Shown one piece after another: positions 13,468 to 22,988 of a stretch of DNA of 64,000 bases. The DNA is taken from the NCBI GenBank assembly GCA_004022145.1, contig RCNU01000013.1; one strand, 5' to 3'. How positions within the stretch are numbered: position 1 is the first letter of the stretch; the number at the start of each line of letters is the position of its first letter. The notes below the pieces were generated by a model. The model ran no database searches and was not told the DNA's origin. It was given only the letters and a program-made list of their open reading frames with translations. The position numbers and the translations under genes are program-made. This DNA comes from Paecilomyces variotii (lineage: Eukaryota).

Positions 13468-15828
13468 TCTGAAATACGACCGCAGCAGCGATCTCTCTGG
13501 CTAGGATTCTTTCTGTCTGTCAGGGGAAACGCGGTAGTGGGAACGTTCTGCGATCGAAGGATGGAGTGGAGAGAAGAGAAGCGGACTGAAAGCAAGCAAC
13601 ACTGGGTGAGGATCAGCATCAGTACAAGAGCTCAATGAATCGACTACAACAATAGACAGGGTTATCCATCAATAGCAACCAGACAACACTGTCCTCTGTG
13701 AATGCAAGCTTCCCCAGGACAGGAAATGTAGCTAACTACAACACTTTCTGCCCCAGGGAGCGATATGCTGTCGAGGCTGCTTGCGCTTCGCTTACCTGGC
13801 TTATACCCGCAGGTTAGTTATCGGGGGGGCGCGTCCCTCGTATCGATCTGAGGATACTCCGAGCCCAGGGCGGGCACCGCTCGAGGTACCTCAAGGCAAC
13901 TCGAACGCCTTGAGACGTACAGGCTTGGGAAACGAACAGACCGCAGACACGCACGAGCAGCGTGGTGGGAGAGAGAGAAAACGAACGGGGTGAGCGAAGA
14001 CGAAAGGGAGAAAGACAAGAAAGCAAGTAAGGAAGACGAGAGAGAGGAGTGGCAGCGTGTCGGCAGTTTCACCTGCGCGGATCCCCAAGTTGGTTTGAGG
14101 GGGGGAAGCCGAATGGAGGCTCTGCAAACCACCAACCACCACCACCAGTGAATTATTACAGTGAATAGCTGATGGACAGCCGTTGGGTGGCGGGGTATCA
14201 TTATCTTGGCGTGGCTGAGAAAGAACAATGTTTGTTTCTACTGGACGGGGATTACTTATTATTATCATGCCTTTATTATCACTGAGACTGCCAGGTGAGT
14301 TGAACCCTTCAGAGACAGAAGAATGGCCATGCTGACTGCGAACGCTGGACACGGTGGCGGCTCTCTCAAGACACGAGTCTAGTCAGTCCCTCAGTCGCCG
14401 GACAGAGATTATTACAACTACAGAGCACAACTAAGTACATACATAATAATCATTATTATTATCTTAGTTCTCGGGCGGAATCCATCGCCCCATCAGTCGC
14501 CTAGTACGGAGTAGACTACACATGGCGTTAACTGGAGTATAGGATAGTTAGGTTTCCGTCTTATCAAGCGGCCCATTGTCCCCGAGTCCGAGTCCACCAA
14601 CAAGAAAAGGGATGCGATGAGACGGGTTCCTGAACCGTCCATTGTTCTCTGGTTCAGGGTGCTGTTCAGGGAGAGCCATGGTAGTTAGTTAGAGTGAGCG
14701 TGGATTCTTTGCTTACTCGTTAAGCTCTCGGGAACAACCCCCTTTTTTCCCTTTTGCTCAGTTCGCTCCCCCCTTCCGACACGGAACGCGTCGAAAAAAG
14801 CAGCGTCTATAGGCCACTTGCTACATGGCGAACGGGAAGCGCCATAGCGGCCGTTATAGCTGGTCTGATTCGTCCGCTGAATGGTATCTTCGAAACGTCT
14901 ATTCTGCTTAGGGTCCGCTCGTTTATCTAATTGGCGTTGCTAGTTAGCTAAGTAAGTGGTCGGAGAGCACAGAAGGCTAGGACGGTGTTAGTACTCTAAC
15001 TCGCTCCCTCTATCTATACTTGTCGGCGAAAATGCAGCTCAGTAAAAGCCAGACGGGAGTGGGACGGGAACATCGCCGCTTTACTCCCACACAAGCTACG
15101 TGACTACATCCTAGAATGCCATAATTCCTATATCTTGGTGATATGGCGAAGATTATAAAATACCCTGCCAATACTCATTTGCTCTGGATCTAGTTGCGCA
15201 TATATTATTGGGCACGGTGACAGCAATCAAGGACAACATTGCTAACTCATTATTGAGTATATGCTCTACAACGTGGCTAGCAATCTCACCACCGAGTGTT
15301 GGTGTCTGCAGTTATGGCATCCATTTTACCAACTCAATTAAGAATGTCATATTTTATTGTGTGGGAAGGGATCCCATACCTATTCCTGAACCTTGGAACC
15401 GGCAAGGCAACGTTCGAGGGGACGAATAACTAGAACGTTGACCATTGTCGACATCATCGCGTCTTGATAATTGCGGAACAGGCATAGGAACCCTTCAAAT
15501 TTTTTATTCATTGACATCACATAAATTACTGAACACCGAAATCAGTGAATATTTGATTTCATTGTGACTAGCCACCTCATCTCTAAACATGTAGAGTCGG
15601 GACAAGGCCTGGTTACAGGAATCCAATCGAATTGACGAGCCCATTGCGTCCTCAAACAAGATCTCAATCAACATCTATACGGTGCGATCTTCGATAGAAA
15701 CCATAGCTACAGTGATTGATCCGGGGAGTCTAAGCCTCTGACAGCCTCCCCTCCATTTATTAGACTGTCCAAAGTTCAATCGATTCAATCGCTATCACGA
15801 AGTCGACGCAGCAAAGGATCACGACGCG

Positions 15829-15984
15829 ATGGCCTCAACATCAGCTGCAAACAGCAGCACCGTCGATCTGACTGCAGCAGTTGCATTATTAACACAGCAA
15901 GTCACGACTCTCACACAGAAACTTGACGCGCACATCGAGAAGTGTCAACAGTCAGATAGATCCACGCCCTCCATTGCATTCTGA
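15829..15984 (+). CDS. 51-aa small ORF (MASTSAANSSTVDLTAAVALLTQQVTTLTQKLDAHIEKCQQSDRSTPSIAF); uORF, separate gene or first exon of the downstream gene
   Basis: Hand translation from ATG 15829 to TGA 15984; amphipathic heptad-like pattern; stop lies 22 nt before ATG 16007. Confidence 0.35.
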   Translation: MASTSAANSSTVDLTAAVALLTQQVTTLTQKLDAHIEKCQQSDRSTPSIAF

Positions 15985-16006
15985 CAGCTCCTACGAGCCA
16001 GAGAAC

Positions 16007-17383
16007 ATGGCCAATAATACATTCGCCCATCTTCCTCCGGAAGTATTGCTGATTATTCTTCGCAATGTACCGGATCTGCCATCGCTCTATAGATTCATAT
16101 GTGCATCAGCACAAGCTAATGCGGTATTTAAAATGGATGCTCCTCACATTTTGGATAAGGTCATCAAGCGCTCAATACCAGACTTTCAGCCTTTAGCTCG
16201 CATGATTTCTCTTTTAGGCTCGCTTGACATCCGGATTGGCTTCAATCCACGTCGATTATCAGAAACAGTCACTAAATACGGCGCTCTGCCTAAAGACCTA
16301 CTCACCAAGGCTGCTCCGTCCTTGTACTTCATAACTGGTACCTCGGGTCCGCGATACGTGTTGCTGACAGCTTATCGCATTGAGCATCTCCGACATATCT
16401 GTTTTACCACTCTTCTGCAAAATATTCATGAACTCATTTTTGTCAGTCCCGTGGACGGAAGAAATTTCAGTGACGTCCATACATTGAAACAGTTCCGGCC
16501 TGGAGTATTCTTCAAGCCCGTCGCCTGGTGGTCCCCATCATGGGTCGAAAGGTTTCGCATTGAGCGAGCACTCTGGCGATTATTTATGTACTGGAATATT
16601 GAAGCAATCCATTCTAAAGCTACTGTGCAAGATCCTGACCTCCGTCAATATAATAAAAGAATACGGCAGCTCAGCGGAAGCATAATTGCAGAAGAACGAG
16701 AAGAAGCCAAGATCATATCACACAGGGTTGAAGAGATGAATTGTATATCAGCAGCGGTTTATGAATTTCTCGGTTGCGAACCAGTGAAATTCTTTACGGC
16801 CATATCCAGCCAGGAACGGAAAGCATTGGTTACCAAAGCCCGGTCCAAGTTCGCACTCAGTTTCAAGGAGACTGCTGGTTGGAAGTTCGAAGACCCAAAG
16901 CCCTCAGAAGACACACCCTCTTATTACTGGGGCCAGGCAGCGAGCTGGACGAAGAAGCCTAACTCCGAGTATAGAGACTCCTATTGGTCGGTATGGGAGA
17001 GGGAGAGTCGTCTCCCTAGCTTTAGCATATTGAATCTTGAAAGACGCGATCTTTGGTTCTGTGATTATCTGGGCCTTTGCCTTTGGGATTACAAACGATT
17101 GTTGTATCTTGGACTAGATTATGGAAAATACTGGGATCCTTCCTTGGGGCGTCCAGCGCAGCCTGACGGCAAGTTCTTTTCTTCAGACAGATTGGATGGC
17201 AGATGGAGAGATATCTTCCTCCATGAGTTAGCCAGATTTCAAGGACATGGACGGCGGATGCTGTCATTGAACTGCAAAAGCCACATCGAACGTTGGGACA
17301 ACGAGTTAAGACGTAGGCCACTGTTGGATGGCTGGCGGCTGGAAGAGTCTTACTCTCATATGTACAATCGTGACATGAAATAA
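16007..17383 (+). CDS. Orphan protein with an N-terminal F-box-like motif
   Basis: Uninterrupted ~458-aa ORF; FAHLPPEVLLIILRNVPDLPSLYRFICAS matches the F-box pattern LPxE(I/V)LxxI...LxxLxxxS. Confidence 0.7.
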   Translation: MANNTFAHLPPEVLLIILRNVPDLPSLYRFICASAQANAVFKMDAPHILDKVIKRSIPDFQPLARMISLLGSLDIRIGFNPRRLSETVTKYGALPKDLLTKAAPSLYFITGTSGPRYVLLTAYRIEHLRHICFTTLLQNIHELIFVSPVDGRNFSDVHTLKQFRPGVFFKPVAWWSPSWVERFRIERALWRLFMYWNIEAIHSKATVQDPDLRQYNKRIRQLSGSIIAEEREEAKIISHRVEEMNCISAAVYEFLGCEPVKFFTAISSQERKALVTKARSKFALSFKETAGWKFEDPKPSEDTPSYYWGQAASWTKKPNSEYRDSYWSVWERESRLPSFSILNLERRDLWFCDYLGLCLWDYKRLLYLGLDYGKYWDPSLGRPAQPDGKFFSSDRLDGRWRDIFLHELARFQGHGRRMLSLNCKSHIERWDNELRRRPLLDGWRLEESYSHMYNRDMK

Positions 17384-17484
17384 GAGGAGGGAGAAATGAT
17401 CTTCATCGAGAAAAGCTCCATTGCTGCTCATTTAAAATGTATAAAGATAAAGATAAAGAAGAAGAAGAAGAAGATAAAGATAAA

Positions 17485-17580
17485 GAAGAAGAAGAAGAAG
17501 AAGAAGAAGAAGAAGAAGAAGAAGAAGAAGAAGAAGAAGAAGAAGAAGAAGAAGAAGAAGAAGAAGAAGAAGAAGAAGAA
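17485..17580 (+). repeat. (GAA)32 perfect trinucleotide tract, preceded by degenerate GATAAA/GAA units from ~17443
   Basis: Directly visible; 32 consecutive E codons in the 17437..17622 ORF. Confidence 0.95.
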
Positions 17581-17764
17581 GCGGGGGAAAAGGAAAGGAA
17601 AGTCGAAAAGAAATCTATGTGACTGTTTGTATAATGCCTTTTCACTTCACGTCGTACGATGATTGCTATCTTGCTTCAACACATATGATCTTGGAGGACA
17701 ACATTAGATTTCTAATTCAGTAGCAGGACTAATTGGGAGTATGTAGGTCTCACATTTGTTGCCC

Positions 17765-19203
17765 CTAGGCTAACATCGTCCACAGTAAGCCGAACTAGAC
17801 TGGCATGTATCTTTTCGCGTGGTTGAGCATGTACATACCTCTGCCACTTGCTTCTAGTCAAAAGGTCAGTATGAGACAAGTGAGACAGAAACCCCATAGA
17901 TAAATACATACCCCCGCTACCACCAGACATCAGAGCCAGCGCCGCAACGACGTCGTCCGCCGCCGCCTCCTCCGCCGCCTCCTCAGTCGCAGCCGCCGCG
18001 CCCTATGAAATCATTTCAAGTTAACCTTGTTGAGTTATACAGAATTCTTACCAAAGAACATACTGCATCCTTCTTTTCTAGTTCCTAAGCAATTATTAGC
18101 AGAAAGGCCATATACAAGTATAATTGTCATGTATGCTGACCTTTAGCTTCTTTTCCGCTTTCTATGTTTATATGGTAGCTTCGTTAGTAATTATCTAACG
18201 CACAGTCGAACGGAAGTGATAAATTCTACCAGGTATTTTTCATGAGCATCCTGCAGACAATTGTCAGTTGGTTTAACCTTTAAGAATACATTTAGGACCT
18301 CTTACATCTCTCTCCTCCATCATATGCTGTAATAATACAATATAATAAGCCTTGTCTAAGCTTATTTATAAAGATAATACTGACCTGGATCAGAGAGTCG
18401 AGGCCCTATCAGAGAAGAGCATATCAGTCTAATAATACTTGCGAAACAAGCTCAGTATGAAGTACCTTCCACTGCTGTTTGGAATCCTTGATTATATATT
18501 AGTCAGTGTTATAACCTAGTTAATGTGTACAAAGGATGCTTACATGGGCCACGTTCTGCCAGTACTACATTCCGAACCTATTAGCTGCCCAATTTAAAGA
18601 GATATCTTTGTGTAGAGCTTCATACTTTCTTCGTTCCCTGGAAGAACGATGTTTTGTTAATTAATTCCATGGCAAATGTAAGACCCTTGCTTACAAACTC
18701 AACCTCCGTCTGTCCCAACGACAATTTGCCAAAATTAGTATACTCTAATTGACATGGTAACAGCTTCAGTGTTTCATCACGTACAGTTCTCTACTAAACT
18801 GTCAGCAACGGAAGTACAAATCACCATATAGGTATTTTGAAGTAAAGAATCATATACCTCGTCATCTGCCCTGAAGGTGTACTTCTCTTTCTTGTGGCCT
18901 TGCTGGTGGCATAGTCTGCACTATATTGCGTGAATACTAATCCATTCGAACCCGAACTCTGGCTGCTTACGGTTCCGATACTATATAAAACAAGTATATT
19001 AGCAGAGTTCTTTTCAGTACGGCGAGGGACACTGACATGACGAGAGCTCCGACTCTGATGACAGCAATAAATTTGGACTATTAGCGTTTTCCATCGACCC
19101 TTCCTTTGTTTCTATCCACCTTGTTTTCTGGCTATTTCAAAGCAAGTAGACTTCATATTAGCAGGGCTCTACTGCTCATAGATCGCTAGACTAGCTTGCC
19201 CAT
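17765..19203 (-). CDS. Microexon gene encoding a ~130-aa predicted coiled-coil protein; 18 coding exons from ATG 19203, with further short exons upstream to ~19600-19900
   Basis: Regular minus-strand donor, branch-site and acceptor triplets every ~70-85 nt. Exons: 19206-19200, 19131-19120, 19054-19037, 18980-18971, 18915-18858, 18790-18785, 18709-18695, 18637-18626, seven 21-nt exons between 18564 and 18064, 18002-17912, 17853-17839, 17769-17765. They splice into one open frame. Confidence 0.75.
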
Positions 19204-20226
19204 TGTCTTGAAGTTCAAGCGAGACATATGTCAGCATCGGACTGCATTTTGTAAGTTACAGGACGATTTACCTACTCTCAGCTTTCTTTCTATTAATTAG
19301 TCAATTGGTCTTCAGTGCGCTTCCAGAACAGGTAGAATAAGCTTCCACTCTCAGATAGTCTGTTCTTCAATAAGTCCTATTATTAGCCAAGCTTGTCTCT
19401 CGAACCACGAAGATTGCAATGAAGATATTCTCACATAAGTTAGGACTATGAGATATTGAATTATCAGTCAGCGATACTAGCTCGTTGATAGCAACAAAGG
19501 TCACTGCTTACTTACAGAATTCAGTTAAGAACTTGAAATTAGGAAGTTCAATCAGGTTGGCCAGTTTCGATTGAGAATGATCCTCATAACTTGTCGGAGC
19601 CTGCCTACAGGCAGACTTCCTGTCGGGTTTCTCCCACGCCTTCTAGCTCTATCCACAGAGACATATAGGCCGAGCTAGTTGCTAGAGAATTCAAGCTCAG
19701 CGAGCTTCGCTCCAGATAGGTCACATGGTTATCGAATCTGCTACCCAGTCAAAGGTCAAAAAGAACTAGTGTAATATAAAAAAAGAAGCTGCTCTGGTTG
19801 TGACAGACCAGACATTTCAATAAAAATAAGGACACAAAAATCTAGTTCATCACGTACGTGTCTGCTGTTGCGGAGAGGGAAGGGGAAAGGTGAAGGAGAA
19901 GGAGAAACGTCGCGGCACCCACTACGGACTTATAAGTCCAACAGAACTACGTGCCTTCCCAGGCACAGCGTGACTCTTACACTCAATTCGACGCACAACG
20001 ATTGAAAGTGAATCATTTACAGAGTGATTACTTGGACTAGGGACATGCTTGAGAAACCTTTCATACTATACAATATTCATTGGGCCCTCTAGTCATCAAT
20101 TTGATGGGCAGCCAGATCATCACTTTACTAAATATGTCGTTTTTGATAATAAGAACCCAATATTAAGCTAGAAACTATGCTCGAGGCGCGAAAACATACG
20201 ATAGCTCCTCCGGTTGAGATGTTAAC

Positions 20227-20732
20227 TTGGTCATGCTTCTCCTTCAAGATGTATTTTCGTCCACTAGCGTCCAAAGAGTCCTGATTACTTATTCATGTAC
20301 GGAGCTGCTTACTTACTGGATCGCCCCCTGCGTCTTCGAATCAAACAATGTTGTCGAGGAAGTATTATGGGTTCGAGCTAGTGATCACGATATTACACCG
20401 GTAGACTGGGTTTAACTACAAATTGAAGCAGCCCAGGATTACGGCCATGGAGACTGGATCAGTGAACTATCAGGTTGTCCATCACGTCTTTCCACAGGTG
20501 AGCTTATTCAATCCTTAACAGTTTCGATTCCTGCCTTTCGAAATATTATTTGTTATTAAAGGAACATTCTAATCCTTCAAACAGATTAATCAGCCATATT
20601 ATCCAGAGATTGCCAATATTGTCAAATGGACGTGTATCGAGTTTGGAATCACATATAGAGCTCGATCTAGCTGCGCTGGGTGACCATCTTCGCTTGCTGA
20701 AAAGAATGGGAATGGTAAAAGCTGATTCCTAG
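20227..20732 (+). pseudogene. Decayed C-terminal part of a front-end (delta-5/delta-6-like) fatty-acid desaturase; intron 20498-20584
   Basis: Translated pieces FESNNVVEEV...DWV*LQIEAAQDYGHG / GSVNYQVVHHVFPQ|INQPYYPEIANIVKWTCIEFGITY / ALGDHLRLLKRMG; QxxHH third His-box; internal stop and two frameshifts. Confidence 0.75.
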
Positions 20733-21203
20733 TTGGGGCTTATCTTCTCTGATCATGCGGGTCTTCGATATGGTCGGACAAAGTTGATACGTATTTGACA
20801 ACTTTTGCAGCTCTGCTAAAAAGGTACCCCCTTAGGAGCGCAGGTCATTTTCATGTTAGACCACCCATACTAGGTGACAGCATTTCACAAAGTTGTATAT
20901 AACTGAAGAACATTTTCGACGATGGCTTGCATGTTATACAACACAGGATGTATGTCATAGATTCTATTGGCTCCATGAACCCGCAGCCCTTATACCTAGA
21001 CTTTTGGCAAAGAGTTGAAATGATTAATGGACGAGAGTGAAATGCCTAAGGCGTATCTGCGATATTGTCCTGGCCTGCTCGTTGGCCTTGATTTTTGGAT
21101 CCATTTCGTAGCACAGAATAAGACCTATGTACTAAATACTGTAAACATTATGATCTCTGAGCTAACACAGATAACTTCTTTCTCGATAAGACTGGCGGAC
21201 GCC

Positions 21204-22988
21204 CTAAATACATATAGTACTCCAAGTCATTGCACCGTAACCTTGTTCCGTCGAGCTCCAGCTGTACGCCCTAGGATCCCGATGCAGTGTAGTCATATAT
21301 TCAAAATGTCCACGAATATTTTCGGCGTCAGTGTATACTTTGGTTAATCTTCCACCATTCTCAAGTTCATGTTCTGCCTCTGCGCTAGTTTGGAAAACGG
21401 TTCCTTGCTCCTGGCAAGCCTTTTCAGTCTTTTCAAACGACCCATAGGGTGTAAACATCGAACTACCCTCGCTATCGACGAATCTCTCATTAATTAGGAT
21501 CATGTCCATCGGTCCACCTTCGTCTTCATGACGACGCACGTAAACCTCGAGAGAAGTGTCCCAATCGTGATACAAAAAATTCGCGAAGTAAGACCTGTAA
21601 AGGGTGAGTTTTGTTAATCGGTTGGGCAGATGTGCCCGGAGATAACCGGTGGTCAATTTTTGATGCTTGTACTGGTCGCCAAGGAGTAGATCTGGGACAA
21701 CAGCAAGGTGTTTCAGAGAAAGAAATGACCGTAATGGACAGCAGTAAACTGGTTTTTTCTCCACCTTTTCTTTTTCTTCTTGGTAACTATCGTAACTATC
21801 GTCATCGTCATCGTCGTAGTCGTCTTGTTCTTCTTCCTCTTCACCAAACGCACCTATCGGCGGCGGACACCAAAACTCGTTCACGTGCTCATGCAAATCG
21901 AGATGAAACAGCTGGTCTTTGAATCGATCTAAACTCGGCCACAGTTTCCGTTTCAAAGTTGTCACAGGGTCTGTCTCCAACGTCTTCATCACCGAGAGAC
22001 GTAACGTGTCGAGAGTCTCCGGGAGATCAAGAAGTGTCCAAAGATCATCATTTTCTTCGGATAATGGATGATCGAGCACAATCGTCAAATCTACCACCGG
22101 CGATATCTGTCGGGCATTTTTGTCAAATATCGCTGCAGCGCCCCTCGGGTTCAGATCGTAGAGACCCAATACCTTCAGTTGCGGCAGGTAGAACACAGGC
22201 CATAGATAGTCCAAATTAAGATCGTAGTATCTCTCCCACGGGTGACCAGTGTCATTGCAGTGATAGCCCTCACAGAAGAATTCCGCTCGTGATAATTTCT
22301 GAAAAGCTCGATACCTGGGACTGCGATTCGTTGTGCCCTCTTCTTTTTCAATGGCTTTTTTGAAGATCTCACTGAGATAATAGCACCAAGCCGGGACGTG
22401 AGCCTGAATGCTTTCCACATTCGGCAGCCGTGTGAGCAAGATAGCCATTAAAGGGGTCCGATCGGCATTCTTTTCAATTGCCCAGAACATGTTGAATTCA
22501 TCTTTCTCATTAAAACCAGCGTCACCAATGGCGGCCTTGAGCACGACTCTCTCGGCCTGCGAGAGAGTTAGCTGATTCTCCGGCTTCTCCACGTCTGACG
22601 GAATAACCCAGCAGCCCCATGCGCGAATTTCTAGATGCTTCACGCATGAAGCAAGTTCCGGGCGACTGAGTATCGTTCGGAGGTAGAGCCAGAGATTTCT
22701 TAAGGATTGCCTTTCTCCGCGATATGTGAACGTTTCGTACAACGTTGGTTGTACCAGATCCCTCCACTGCTTTCCAACCCGGCAAAGGTCCGAAAGTTGT
22801 CTTTCTTCAGAACGAGCGTCCGGCAGACGCCGGACTGCAGCATCTAGGTCCTTGCTGGGTATTTCAAGTGGCAATAATGCCGGGTCGAACCTCTTCTCGG
22901 GAGAACCATGATTGTCGCGATTTTGGCGTATGACCTCGTGCAGGATCATCCCGAATAGTTCAGGTGGTAAAGATGCTGGATCGGGCAT
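21204..22988 (-). CDS. F-box-like protein with degenerate LRR-like C-terminal repeats and an acidic insert
   Basis: 594-aa ORF; LPPELFGMILHEV...LSDLCRVGKQWRDLVQPTLY, ILSRPELASCVKHLEI, LPNVESI, LPQLKVLGL and LPNRLTKLTL are typical of expanded fungal F-box-like families. Confidence 0.75.
   Translation of the reverse strand: MPDPASLPPELFGMILHEVIRQNRDNHGSPEKRFDPALLPLEIPSKDLDAAVRRLPDARSEERQLSDLCRVGKQWRDLVQPTLYETFTYRGERQSLRNLWLYLRTILSRPELASCVKHLEIRAWGCWVIPSDVEKPENQLTLSQAERVVLKAAIGDAGFNEKDEFNMFWAIEKNADRTPLMAILLTRLPNVESIQAHVPAWCYYLSEIFKKAIEKEEGTTNRSPRYRAFQKLSRAEFFCEGYHCNDTGHPWERYYDLNLDYLWPVFYLPQLKVLGLYDLNPRGAAAIFDKNARQISPVVDLTIVLDHPLSEENDDLWTLLDLPETLDTLRLSVMKTLETDPVTTLKRKLWPSLDRFKDQLFHLDLHEHVNEFWCPPPIGAFGEEEEEQDDYDDDDDDSYDSYQEEKEKVEKKPVYCCPLRSFLSLKHLAVVPDLLLGDQYKHQKLTTGYLRAHLPNRLTKLTLYRSYFANFLYHDWDTSLEVYVRRHEDEGGPMDMILINERFVDSEGSSMFTPYGSFEKTEKACQEQGTVFQTSAEAEHELENGGRLTKVYTDAENIRGHFEYMTTLHRDPRAYSWSSTEQGYGAMTWSTICI

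Noticed and set aside
15208-15429. Possible 5' half of the desaturase (CVGRD resembles the b5-domain AGRD)
   Set aside because: No HPGG motif or His-boxes; similarity too weak
17396-17662. Poly-K, poly-E and poly-S ORFs
   Set aside because: Translations of the GAA microsatellite
17712-17930. 72-aa minus-strand ORF in the track
   Set aside because: Reads through two introns of the microexon gene; not an independent gene
17900-19600. Initially looked like a RIP-degraded transposon or a CRISPR-like periodic array
   Set aside because: The periodicity comes from splice signals, not repeated sequence; no transposase remnants were seen and the sequence is eukaryotic
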